Below are positions 18,874-27,931 of a DNA stretch of 40,635 nt, in pieces; position 1 is the stretch's first letter; each line of letters opens with the position of its first letter. The notes beneath the pieces were generated by a model. The model saw only the letters and a program-made list of their open reading frames with translations. It was not told the DNA's origin and did no database searches. The position numbers and the translations under genes were made by a program. Location of the stretch: positions 1 to 40,635 of the forward strand of contig CAWFOM010000026.1 in assembly GCA_963817385.1 (NCBI GenBank), in the 5' to 3' direction. This stretch comes from an uncultured delta proteobacterium (GTDB lineage Bacteria > Desulfobacterota > Syntrophia > Syntrophales > UBA5619).

Positions 18874-19065
18874 ATGGGAAAATCTATGTACAACTTCGGC
18901 AAGCAGGGGAAAGAAAAAGCAAGGCAGCAGAAACAGATGGATAAGGTGGCAAAGCGTCTCATGGCTAAGCAGCAGAGGGCCAATCTGAAAGCGGGCACTC
19001 AGAACGCAGAACCGGCGATCGCTGAACCGAAAACACAACCTAACGGACAGGATGAACCAAAATAA
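18874..19065 (+). CDS. Small basic hypothetical protein
   Basis: GGGGAG RBS; 63 aa, Lys/Gln-rich helical N-terminus. Confidence 0.6.
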   Translation: MGKSMYNFGKQGKEKARQQKQMDKVAKRLMAKQQRANLKAGTQNAEPAIAEPKTQPNGQDEPK

Positions 19066-19230
19066 ACATGGCCAAAATAATCCTTTACTAACCCGCGAAT
19101 ATTTGTTTGATTTCGCGTGCACGCAAAATTGTATTGAAATATCAAAAAGAGCGCTTGAATTTTCAATATAGATCCTTTATCCGATCACGCTGTGGCGGGA
19201 GGTCCGGAGGCGGGGAGATACCGAGGAATC

Positions 19231-20028
19231 ATGAGCCAGACCATAGTCATGATCCATGGGATGTTCGGCGGTTCGTGGTGCTGGGAGCATTACCGGGGCT
19301 TCTTCGAACGCAGGGGGTATACCTGTCTCACCCCGGTCCTCCGGTATCACGACGTCGATCCGAAGGACGAACCGCATCCGAATCTGGGGACCGTCAGTCT
19401 CCTGGATTACGCCGCCGATCTTGAAAAAGTGATCCGCGACCTCGATGAAAAACCCGTCATCATGGGCCATTCCATGGGCGGCCTCATTACCCAGATCCTG
19501 GGAAGCCGGGGACTGGGCAGATCCCTGGTCCTTCTGTCATCGGCAGCCCCGGCCGGGATATCGGCCATCACCCCCTCCGTATTGAAAAGCATTTCGACCG
19601 AGGCGATCGAATGGGGCTTCTGGAGGAAACCTGTAAAATCGACCTTTGAATCCACCAGCTACTCGGCGATGCACCTCCTTTCCGAAGGGGAACGGCGGGC
19701 CGCCTACAGCCGGTATGTATATGAATCCGGACGCGCCTTCTTCGAAATCGGCTTCTCGTTCCTCGATCCCGCAAAAGCAGCCTCTATCGACGAAAAGAAG
19801 ATCGATGTCTCCGTGCTCGTCGTCGCCGGCGCCGAGGATCGGATCACCCCCGCTTCCGTCAATCGCAAGATCGCCCACAAATACAGTAATGTCGCCACCT
19901 ATATGGAATTTCCCCGCCATGCCCATTGGATCTTCGGTGAACCGGGATGGGAAACAGTCGCCGGGAATATCCACTTCTGGTTGAATCAAACTGAAGCAGG
20001 CGTAGGCGACAGCAAACGGCAATTCTGA
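19231..20028 (+). CDS. Alpha/beta hydrolase
   Basis: MIHGMFGG, GHSMGG, EDRIT, HAHW; GAGG RBS. Confidence 0.92.
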   Translation: MSQTIVMIHGMFGGSWCWEHYRGFFERRGYTCLTPVLRYHDVDPKDEPHPNLGTVSLLDYAADLEKVIRDLDEKPVIMGHSMGGLITQILGSRGLGRSLVLLSSAAPAGISAITPSVLKSISTEAIEWGFWRKPVKSTFESTSYSAMHLLSEGERRAAYSRYVYESGRAFFEIGFSFLDPAKAASIDEKKIDVSVLVVAGAEDRITPASVNRKIAHKYSNVATYMEFPRHAHWIFGEPGWETVAGNIHFWLNQTEAGVGDSKRQF

Positions 20029-20054
20029 ATCGCTTGCAGGTCCTGTTGTTTTTC

Positions 20055-20083
20055 TTGACAAGTATGTAACCAAATACTATATA
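20055..20083 (+). promoter_or_regulatory. Putative sigma70 promoter of fic gene
   Basis: TTGACA-17 nt-TATATA; palindrome CTATATAG at 20077 and again at 20113. Confidence 0.5.
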
Positions 20084-20131
20084 GAATTTGCAAAGTCTTT
20101 ATCATGAAAAGGCTATATAGAGGTTATTACG

Positions 20132-21295
20132 ATGCAGGAATACCCGCATATTTCATTTCAGAAAAACTGGCGACTTGATGAGGAAACCATTTTCATGCTG
20201 GGGCAGTGCGAATCCATCATCCAGGCCATTTCCTCAGCGCCGGTCAAGCCGGAATACAGAAAACGGATGCTGACGGTATCTCTGCGGAAAGGCGCCAGGG
20301 CAACGACGGCCATCGAAGGAAACACCCTGTCCGAGGAAGAGGTTGCACGAATCGACGCAGGGGAAAATCTTCCGCCGAGCAAGGAGTATCTGCAAATCGA
20401 GGTCAAAAATGTCATTGAAGCCCTGAACCAGATCCGTACCGAGGTCATCACCGAGGACAAGGCCTTTATCTTGTCCCCGGAGCTGATTGAGAGATTCAAC
20501 CACTTCGTGGGAAAGAACCTGGGGGATCACTTCCAGAGCGTACCCGGCAAGTTCAGGACGCCCGGACACAACGTCGTCGTGGGCGGTTACCGGCCGCCGT
20601 TGGGCGAGGACGTTGCGCCCCTGATGATCCGGTTTTGTGAATGGATGAGGGACGCCTTCCGCTATGAAGAGGGGAAGCAGTCGTTTCAGGACCAGGTTAT
20701 CCAGGCGATCGTTGCTCATGTCTACATCGCCATGATTCACCCCTTCGGAGACGGCAACGGACGGACGGCCCGGCTGATCGAATTCACTATCCTCCTGAGG
20801 GCGGGTTTGCCCGATATGGCCTCGCACATCCTGTCGAACCATTATAACGATACCCGGCAGGAATATTACCGCCAACTCGATCAGTGCGTCCGGGACAGGG
20901 AGCTGTCCGGTTTTGTCCGATATGCCGTCCTCGGATTTCGCGACGGGTTGAAGGGTGTTCTGGATATCGTTCAGGCAAACCTTCTGGAAATGTCATGGCA
21001 TAAATTCATCTATGACACCTTGGACAGCAAGAAGGCCACGGGCAAGACCCGCGCCATTGTGAAGCGGCGGCGCACCCTTGCCCTCCAGTTCCCCGTGGAC
21101 CAATGGCATACCCCCGACGATCTTGTCGTCAGCTCCGGCATTCTGGCGAAGGAATATGCCACACTCTCCCCAGCAACGCTCATGCGCGACCTGGCGGAGT
21201 TGGAACGGCTTGAATTGATCGTCAAGGAGAAAGGCCGATACAAGGGAAACATCGAGATCATGCGCGGTTATCTGCCGATGCGGAAGGTGAAATAA
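20132..21295 (+). CDS. Fic family protein with N-terminal inhibitory motif and probable C-terminal HTH
   Basis: HPFGDGNGRTAR active-site motif; TTAIEGN alpha-inh motif; SPATLMRDLAELERLELI HTH-like tail. Confidence 0.93.
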   Translation: MQEYPHISFQKNWRLDEETIFMLGQCESIIQAISSAPVKPEYRKRMLTVSLRKGARATTAIEGNTLSEEEVARIDAGENLPPSKEYLQIEVKNVIEALNQIRTEVITEDKAFILSPELIERFNHFVGKNLGDHFQSVPGKFRTPGHNVVVGGYRPPLGEDVAPLMIRFCEWMRDAFRYEEGKQSFQDQVIQAIVAHVYIAMIHPFGDGNGRTARLIEFTILLRAGLPDMASHILSNHYNDTRQEYYRQLDQCVRDRELSGFVRYAVLGFRDGLKGVLDIVQANLLEMSWHKFIYDTLDSKKATGKTRAIVKRRRTLALQFPVDQWHTPDDLVVSSGILAKEYATLSPATLMRDLAELERLELIVKEKGRYKGNIEIMRGYLPMRKVK

Positions 21296-21448
21296 GATGA
21301 ACGTTTGTCGGGATATCTTGCAAATTCGCAAACGAAAAGGTGTGAAGTAGAAACCATCCGTATTTATCATCATATTGAAGTTGAACTGGTCCATAGGAAG
21401 ACCGGACAGAAATTGTTCAGCATTTGTTAGCAACTTGCATAGGGCAAA

Positions 21449-22222
21449 ATGATGAAATATCGAATTTATATTGACGAAGTTGGCAATCCAGATCTGGAAA
21501 GCTCGGAGAATCCGAATCATCAATTTCTAAGTCTCACCGGTGTAATCATTGAGCTTGGATATGCCGCTTCCGTGATACATCCCCAAATGGAGGAAATCAA
21601 GCATCGATATTTTCAAGCTCACCCTGATGAGCCGATTATTTTCCATCGCAAAGAAATGTTCAACAATCGACATCCCTTCGAAAGTTTGGCAAATCCTGCC
21701 GTCAGGAAAACTTTTGACAAGGACCTTCTTTCCCTCATGAAAGATTGGCAATATAAGGTGATCTCTGTCTGCCTTGACAAGAAAAAACACAAGGAAACTT
21801 ACTCTGTGTGGCGTTTCGATCCCTACCACTACTGCCTGGCTGTCCTACTGGAGCGATTTGTATTCTTCCTGAAACGAAAGGATGCCTGTGGCGATGCTAT
21901 GGCAGAATCACGTGGCGGCAAGGAGGATAGACGGTTGAAAGACTCCTTCGAGCGTCTTTGGGAAAATGGAACGGATTTCGTTGCTCCCGATCAGTTTCAG
22001 GCCTGCATGACAAGCCGTCAATTGAAGGTAAAAACAAAAGCAAACAATATTGCCGGCCTTCAGCTTTGCGATTTGATTGCGCACTCCAGCCGCAATGAAA
22101 TTCTGAGGGAACAGCGATTGTTCAAGGGAAGTGTTTTCCCTTTCGGAGAAAAGGTCATCAAGATTCTTGCGAGCAAATATGATCAGGAAGGTCAGCGCTG
22201 CTTTGGAAAGAAATTTATTTGA
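21449..22222 (+). CDS. DUF3800 domain-containing protein
   Basis: N-terminal YIDEVG and C-terminal GLQLCDLIA (DE and QxxD family motifs), IFHRKE, AESRG; low GC. Confidence 0.85.
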   Translation: MMKYRIYIDEVGNPDLESSENPNHQFLSLTGVIIELGYAASVIHPQMEEIKHRYFQAHPDEPIIFHRKEMFNNRHPFESLANPAVRKTFDKDLLSLMKDWQYKVISVCLDKKKHKETYSVWRFDPYHYCLAVLLERFVFFLKRKDACGDAMAESRGGKEDRRLKDSFERLWENGTDFVAPDQFQACMTSRQLKVKTKANNIAGLQLCDLIAHSSRNEILREQRLFKGSVFPFGEKVIKILASKYDQEGQRCFGKKFI

Positions 22223-22232
22223 AGAGCGCAAT

Positions 22233-22252
22233 AAAAAAGGCCCTTACGGGCC
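22233..22252 (-). terminator. Intrinsic terminator of candidate sRNA
   Basis: GGCCC-GTAA-GGGCC-TTTTTT on minus strand, where no CDS ends. Confidence 0.7.
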
Positions 22253-22289
22253 CGATGGCTTCGCCATCCACCTCCGGATAACCGGATTG
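22233..22289 (-). ncRNA. Candidate DUF3800-associated small structured RNA
   Basis: Three consecutive perfect hairpins on minus strand: TCCGG-TTAT-CCGGA, GATGGC-GAA-GCCATC, GGCCC-GTAA-GGGCC plus T6; promoter directly upstream. Confidence 0.65.
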
Positions 22290-22294
22290 GCTTT

Positions 22295-22323
22295 ATTCTG
22301 ACGGATTGATTTTAGGATGTCAA
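22295..22323 (-). promoter_or_regulatory. Sigma70 promoter of candidate sRNA
   Basis: TTGACA (22323-22318)-17 nt-CAGAAT (22300-22295). Confidence 0.65.
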
Positions 22324-22372
22324 GCTTTTTCTATGGTTAAAATGGATAGAGCTGCATGATATAGGAGACTGC

Positions 22373-24103
22373 ATGGCCGAACGGAAACAAAAGCTTGAAC
22401 TCACGTGGATTGGGAAGGAGAACCGGCCGAGGCTGGAGCCGCGGATATTGCTGGAGGACCCGGATCAATCCTACCATGCCCCGCGCCGGGTGTCGGACAA
22501 GGACATCTTCGACAACCGACTTATCTTCGGCGACAACTTGCTGGCCTTGAAGGCTCTGGAACAGGAATTTGTTGGGAAGATCAAGTGCATCTACATAGAC
22601 CCGCCATACAACACAGGTTCAGCATTTGCCCACTACGATGATGGGCTGGAACATTCTATCTGGCTGACGTTGATGCGGGATCGGCTCGAAATTTTGTGGA
22701 GGTTACTAACTGGTGACGGTTCGCTCTGGGTTTCTATCGACGACTACGAGATGCCCTATCTTAGAATCCTACTTGATGAGATCTGTGGCCGAAAAAGTTT
22801 TGTTGCCTGCAACGTATGGCAGAAGAGGTACTCACGTGAGAATCGTGAAGCTATCGGGGACACCCATGAGTATGTTCTTGTTTATGCAAAGAACATCGAT
22901 TCCTTCAAAGAAACGCGCAACAAGCTTCCTTTGGGCGAGAAGCAATTCTCGGCCTATAAAAACCGAAACAACGATCCCAATGGACCGTGGCGTGGCGTGT
23001 CACTATCAGCACAGGGCTACCGGCCCAACCAAATGTACGAGATCATCTCACCGATTACGGGCAAGAGACATAAACCTCCTGAGGGATCGTGTTGGAAGGT
23101 CATTGAATCTGAGTACAAGCGACTACTTGCTGATGGCAGAATCTACTTCGGGAAAGATGGCAATGCAGTGCCATCAAGGATACAATACCTGCGCAGCATC
23201 GAGGGCATCGTCCCTTGGACGTGGTGGCCTCACGAGGAGGTAGGACATACCGATGAATCAAAGAAGGAGATACAGGCGCTTTTTGGGAAATCTGATGCCT
23301 TTGACACTCCTAAACCAGAACGACTGATCAATCGCGTTGTACATATCGCAACACAACCTGGTGATCTCGTCCTCGACTCCTTCGCTGGGTCAGGCACGAC
23401 CGGCGCTGTTGCCCACAAGATGGGGCGGCGCTGGATCATGGTGGAACTGGGCGAGCACTGCCACACCCACATCATCCCGCGCATGAAGAAGGTCATCGAC
23501 GGCTCCGACCAGGGCGGCATCAGCAATGCCGTGAACTGGCAGGGGGGTGGCGGGTTCCGCTACTATCGTCTGGCGCCATCGCTCCTGGAAAAGGATAAAT
23601 GGGACAACTGGGTCATCAGCAAGGATTACAATGCCGCCATGCTGGCAGCGGCTATGGCCAAGCATGAAGGATTTTTCTATGACCCCGATGAGACCCTTTA
23701 CTGGAAACAGGGGCGGTCCACGGAAAAGGACTATATCTTTACCACTACGAATTTCATCACCGTTGAATATCTGGACGGCATCCACGAAGAGATGGCCCCC
23801 GGAGAGAGCCTCCTCCTCTGCTGCAAATCCTACCAAGAGGCCTGCGCTGACCGCTATCCGAACATCACCGTAAAGAAGATTCCCAATATGCTTCTGGGCC
23901 GCTGCGAATTTGGACGGGATGATTACAGCCTGAATATCGCCGATATGTCCGTTGATCCGGACGGCCGGGAGGTCGTGACAGTCGAATCGGAACCGGTTAA
24001 GAAAAGTTCCCGGCGAAAGGTATCAAGAAATCAGTCCATCCTTTTTGACGAAGGGGGAGAAGCGGCAGATACTGGTGATAGAGATGAAAATCCGGAGAGA
24101 TAA
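22373..24103 (+). CDS. mod: Type III restriction-modification methyltransferase (Mod)
   Basis: GDNLLALKAL, IYIDPPYNTG, TPKPE, VLDSFAGSGTT in beta-class order; AGGAG RBS. Confidence 0.93.
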   Translation: MAERKQKLELTWIGKENRPRLEPRILLEDPDQSYHAPRRVSDKDIFDNRLIFGDNLLALKALEQEFVGKIKCIYIDPPYNTGSAFAHYDDGLEHSIWLTLMRDRLEILWRLLTGDGSLWVSIDDYEMPYLRILLDEICGRKSFVACNVWQKRYSRENREAIGDTHEYVLVYAKNIDSFKETRNKLPLGEKQFSAYKNRNNDPNGPWRGVSLSAQGYRPNQMYEIISPITGKRHKPPEGSCWKVIESEYKRLLADGRIYFGKDGNAVPSRIQYLRSIEGIVPWTWWPHEEVGHTDESKKEIQALFGKSDAFDTPKPERLINRVVHIATQPGDLVLDSFAGSGTTGAVAHKMGRRWIMVELGEHCHTHIIPRMKKVIDGSDQGGISNAVNWQGGGGFRYYRLAPSLLEKDKWDNWVISKDYNAAMLAAAMAKHEGFFYDPDETLYWKQGRSTEKDYIFTTTNFITVEYLDGIHEEMAPGESLLLCCKSYQEACADRYPNITVKKIPNMLLGRCEFGRDDYSLNIADMSVDPDGREVVTVESEPVKKSSRRKVSRNQSILFDEGGEAADTGDRDENPER

Positions 24104-24105
24104 CC

Positions 24106-26781
24106 ATGAATAGAATCGCCGTCTCCATCCGCAATCGTTTGAGTCTGCGCTGGCCCCAGGAGGTGAGTCTGAACATTCTGGCGGATCTCGCGGACAAACT
24201 CACCCTGCAAAAGAATGCGGACCTGACCGGCGAGCTGGAAAAGGTGAAGAGCGCCTATCCCATCTGCACGGACTTCGAACGGGATTTCCCCTCCCTCTGT
24301 TTCGCCCTGGCCACAGGCGTCGGCAAGACCCGGCTCATGGGCGCTTTCATCACCTATCTTTATCTGGCGAAGGGAATGAAGCATTTCTTCGTTCTGGCGC
24401 CCAATCTCACGATCTATAACAAACTCATGGCGGATTTTAAGGATTCCACGAACCCCAAATACGTCTTCCGCGGTATCGGCGAGTTTGCGACCGTAAGGCC
24501 CCGCGTCATCACCGGCGAGGATTATCAATACGCTTCTCAACAGGCCATTTTTGACTCCGAGGTCCAGATCAACGTCTTCAACATCTCCAAGATCAACGCG
24601 GAGACCAAGGGGGGGAAGCTCCCGCGCATCAAACGGCTTTCCGAATATCTGGGCGATTCCTATTTCAACTACCTGGCCAATCTGGACAACCTGGTCTTGC
24701 TTATGGATGAGTCCCATCATTACCGGGCGGACCGGGGGATGGAGGTCATCAATGAGTTAAAACCCGTGTTGGGGTTGGAACTCACGGCCACCCCCCAGGT
24801 CGAACGGGGCGGCAGCGCCGTGAAGTTCAAGAATTGCGTTTACGAATATTCCCTGGCCAAGGCGATTCAGGACGGTTTCGTGAAGGAGCCCGCCGTGGCC
24901 ACCCGGAAAGACTTTGATCCGAGTCACTACCAGGAAGAGGAGTTGGATCGAATCAAGCTGGAAGACGGCATGCGCCTCCACGAAGACACCAAGGTGGCCC
25001 TGGATATCTATGCCCGCGACACCAAGACAAGGCCTGTGACGCCCTTTGTCCTTGTGGTGGCCAAGGATACAACCCACGCCGCCCAGTTGAAAAGCCTGAT
25101 CTGCTCACCGGGATTCTTTGATGGCTATTATGCCGACAAGGTGATGGAGATCCACTCCAACCAGACCGGCGGTGAGAAAGATGAAAATATCGCCCGGCTG
25201 GTTTCCCTGGAGAATCCGGACAATACCATCGAAATCGTCATCCATGTCAACATGCTCAAGGAAGGATGGGACGTTACGAATCTTTACACCATCATCCCCC
25301 TGAGAACGGCTGCTTCCCAGACCCTGCGGGAACAGACCATCGGCCGGGGGCTGCGCCTGCCCTACGGAAAGCTGACGGGAAATGATAAGGTAGATAAGCT
25401 GACCATCGTGGCCCACGACCGGTTTCAGGAGATCATCGAAGCGGCCAACAGGCCCGACTCGATCATCCGCAAGGGAAATATCATTACCATCGACGTCGAG
25501 GAACTGGGGCAATCCAAAGAGGTCGTCGTTTCCGTGTCCCGGATGGAGAAACAATTCGCGGAAGAGCAGGAAAAGATAGCCGCCATAGGGCCGCCGGAAG
25601 AAAAGCAAAAGGCCCAGGTGGCCCTGGATGCGAAAAAGGCCCTGTTTTCGATCTTGCCGGAACTTAACGTCGGTATTTCAGGCATTCAGGACCTGAAAAA
25701 AGACGAGATAAAACAGATTGCCGTAGAAAAGCTTAAGGCGCAGATTTATAGTACGCCCCAGCAGACCTTGTTTGCCGAGGAGATCATCGAAGAGGCCAGG
25801 AATGCCTACGAACAGACAGTGGAAGAATTTGCCGATAAAACTATCGAGATCCCCAGAATCATGATCCAGCAATGCGGGGACGTTAAATCAGATTTTCTCG
25901 ATTTCGACCTGGATACGAAAAATCTCAATTACCAACCGGTTTCGGAGGAGATCCTGGTCAAAAAGCTCCGCGAGCAGGAGGACAGCCTGGATATCGTCAT
26001 CGGCAAAGGCCGGATCGTCATCGACGAGCCGGATCGAATCATCGTCAATGAGCTGATCAATTACCCGGAGGTCGATTATGACGAGCAGACCAACTTGCTG
26101 CGCGAGCTGGCAGCCCAAGCCGTGGAGAAATTCAAGACCTATCTGGACGACAGCCAACTGATGAACGTCATCCAGTCGCACAAGCGGGAGATCGGCCGAT
26201 ACATCTACGCCCAGTTGATGGAACACTTTTACTATGAAGCCCCCGCCTTTGAAAAGCCGGTAGTCAAGCCGTTCACGAAAATCGAAGAACACAACCTCTC
26301 CAAATACACAAAAGACAGCATCCACCATTATACGGAGACCATTACCCCTGCCGGCGCCATCCCCGGCAAGGTCTTCAGCGGCTTCCGAAAGGCGTACCAC
26401 AGTTTATACAAGTTCGACTCCAAAACGGAAAAGGATTTCGCCGTAATCCTGGAGCAGGACAAAGGGGTCGTCAAATGGCTGCGGCCTGCCCAGAACCAGT
26501 TCAGGATTTACTGGCAAAACAATTCGAAACTGTACCATCCCGACTTCATTTCCGAAACGGACACGGCGATTTACATGATCGAGACGAAAAAGGAAATGGA
26601 TATGGACACGTCGATGGTGCAGGAAAAGGCCCGGGCGGCGGAGCAGTACTGCCGCGCCGCAACCGAATTTACATCCCGAAACGTCGGGAAACCCTGGAAA
26701 TATGTCTTAATCCCCCATAACGCCGTGTTCTACAATATGGGGTTTGAGTCGTTGATGGTACGATATGCTTATCATGGCTGA
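24106..26781 (+). CDS. res: Type III restriction endonuclease subunit (Res)
   Basis: ATGVGKT, DESHH, LTATP, LKEGWD, QTIGRGLR helicase motifs; C-terminal YHPDF...IETK PD-(D/E)xK nuclease. Confidence 0.93.
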   Translation: MNRIAVSIRNRLSLRWPQEVSLNILADLADKLTLQKNADLTGELEKVKSAYPICTDFERDFPSLCFALATGVGKTRLMGAFITYLYLAKGMKHFFVLAPNLTIYNKLMADFKDSTNPKYVFRGIGEFATVRPRVITGEDYQYASQQAIFDSEVQINVFNISKINAETKGGKLPRIKRLSEYLGDSYFNYLANLDNLVLLMDESHHYRADRGMEVINELKPVLGLELTATPQVERGGSAVKFKNCVYEYSLAKAIQDGFVKEPAVATRKDFDPSHYQEEELDRIKLEDGMRLHEDTKVALDIYARDTKTRPVTPFVLVVAKDTTHAAQLKSLICSPGFFDGYYADKVMEIHSNQTGGEKDENIARLVSLENPDNTIEIVIHVNMLKEGWDVTNLYTIIPLRTAASQTLREQTIGRGLRLPYGKLTGNDKVDKLTIVAHDRFQEIIEAANRPDSIIRKGNIITIDVEELGQSKEVVVSVSRMEKQFAEEQEKIAAIGPPEEKQKAQVALDAKKALFSILPELNVGISGIQDLKKDEIKQIAVEKLKAQIYSTPQQTLFAEEIIEEARNAYEQTVEEFADKTIEIPRIMIQQCGDVKSDFLDFDLDTKNLNYQPVSEEILVKKLREQEDSLDIVIGKGRIVIDEPDRIIVNELINYPEVDYDEQTNLLRELAAQAVEKFKTYLDDSQLMNVIQSHKREIGRYIYAQLMEHFYYEAPAFEKPVVKPFTKIEEHNLSKYTKDSIHHYTETITPAGAIPGKVFSGFRKAYHSLYKFDSKTEKDFAVILEQDKGVVKWLRPAQNQFRIYWQNNSKLYHPDFISETDTAIYMIETKKEMDMDTSMVQEKARAAEQYCRAATEFTSRNVGKPWKYVLIPHNAVFYNMGFESLMVRYAYHG

Positions 26782-26890
26782 GTCCCGCATCGGGCGGCTT
26801 TATTCCGTCGATGTTGGTATGGAACTCTTGTGTGGATTGTAAACCTTGACAGATCGTAAGCTGGATCAACTTTCCAAGGAGGATCACAAC

Positions 26891-27457
26891 ATGAAGGTCG
26901 TAGCATTTAACGGGAGTCCCCGGAGAGACGGCAATACCGCCATCATGATCAGGCACGTGTTCGGCGAACTCGAAAAAGCGGGAATCGAAACCGAATTGGT
27001 GCAGCTTGCCGATAAGCCGATCCATGGCTGCATCGCCTGTGAAAAATGCAGTGAAAACAAAGATCGGCGTTGTGCCGTCGACAACGACGCAGCCAACGAG
27101 TATATCGAAAAGATGCTCGGCGCCGACGGGATCATCCTGGGCTCGCCCGTCTATTTTCAGGATGTGACATCCGAGATGATAGCCCTCATCGACCGTACCG
27201 GCTATGTGTCCAGGTCCAACGGCAGGATGTTTAAAAAGAAGGTCGGCGCTTGTGTGGTTGCGGTACGTCGATCGGGTGCGATTCACTCGCTCGACACCAT
27301 GGGCCATTTCTTTCTGAGCGGCGAGATGGTCATCGTCGGCCGGGCGCTGGGTGTCGGCAGGGCAAAAGGGGAGGTGGAGAAGGACACCGAGGGTATTCAG
27401 CTCGCGAAATCGCTCGGGCAGCGGATGGCATGGGTGCTCGAAAAACTGCACGGGTGA
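26891..27457 (+). CDS. Iron-sulfur flavoprotein / NADPH-dependent FMN reductase family
   Basis: NGSPRRDGNT, CIACEKC-x7-C, GSPVYF; AAGGAGG RBS. Confidence 0.92.
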   Translation: MKVVAFNGSPRRDGNTAIMIRHVFGELEKAGIETELVQLADKPIHGCIACEKCSENKDRRCAVDNDAANEYIEKMLGADGIILGSPVYFQDVTSEMIALIDRTGYVSRSNGRMFKKKVGACVVAVRRSGAIHSLDTMGHFFLSGEMVIVGRALGVGRAKGEVEKDTEGIQLAKSLGQRMAWVLEKLHG

Positions 27458-27523
27458 GCGATAACAGTTGGAAAAAATGGATAAGCGGTTTATGATAACC
27501 GATCACGAATTCAGGAGGAGATT

Positions 27524-27898
27524 ATGCCAGAGTCGGAAGAAAAAGGCAGGAAAGCCAAATTCAATCAACAGAACCTTCATTTGGAGGAGGTTTTCAGCGA
27601 TCTGACGGTTGGTTCGATCCGCCGGCTGTCGCCGGTCAAGCAGAACGGGGAGCCGGATAAAACCCGCCCGATTCTTTTTGTTGGGCAGGCTCAGATCTAC
27701 ACCCAGCAGGGCCCCATGCCCGTTCAGTTCCCCATCGATGCCAAAAATCTCCAGCAGGCTATGGACAAATTTTCCGATGCCATGGAGGAATTCGTGGCGC
27801 ATCTGGTCGAACAGGCCAAAGAATTTCAGCGGCAAGAGGAGTCCCGGCTGATCGTTCCGGGCGGCTCGGCTCCCGGAGGAAGCGGCATCATTCTCTAG
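27524..27898 (+). CDS. Conserved-looking hypothetical cytoplasmic protein
   Basis: AGGAGG RBS; 124 aa ending SRLIVPG..GIIL. Confidence 0.75.
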   Translation: MPESEEKGRKAKFNQQNLHLEEVFSDLTVGSIRRLSPVKQNGEPDKTRPILFVGQAQIYTQQGPMPVQFPIDAKNLQQAMDKFSDAMEEFVAHLVEQAKEFQRQEESRLIVPGGSAPGGSGIIL

Positions 27899-27931
27899 TG
27901 AGGACTTCTGAAATTTCGGAGGTCGAATAAT

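Noticed and set aside
21297..21350. 17-codon ORF after fic
   Set aside because: Too short, with no recognisable motif or independent support
22289..26805. GGCTTTATTC direct repeat on both sides of mod-res as a target-site duplication
   Set aside because: Only 10 bp, could be chance, and the left copy overlaps the sRNA -10 region; needs an empty-site genome to test
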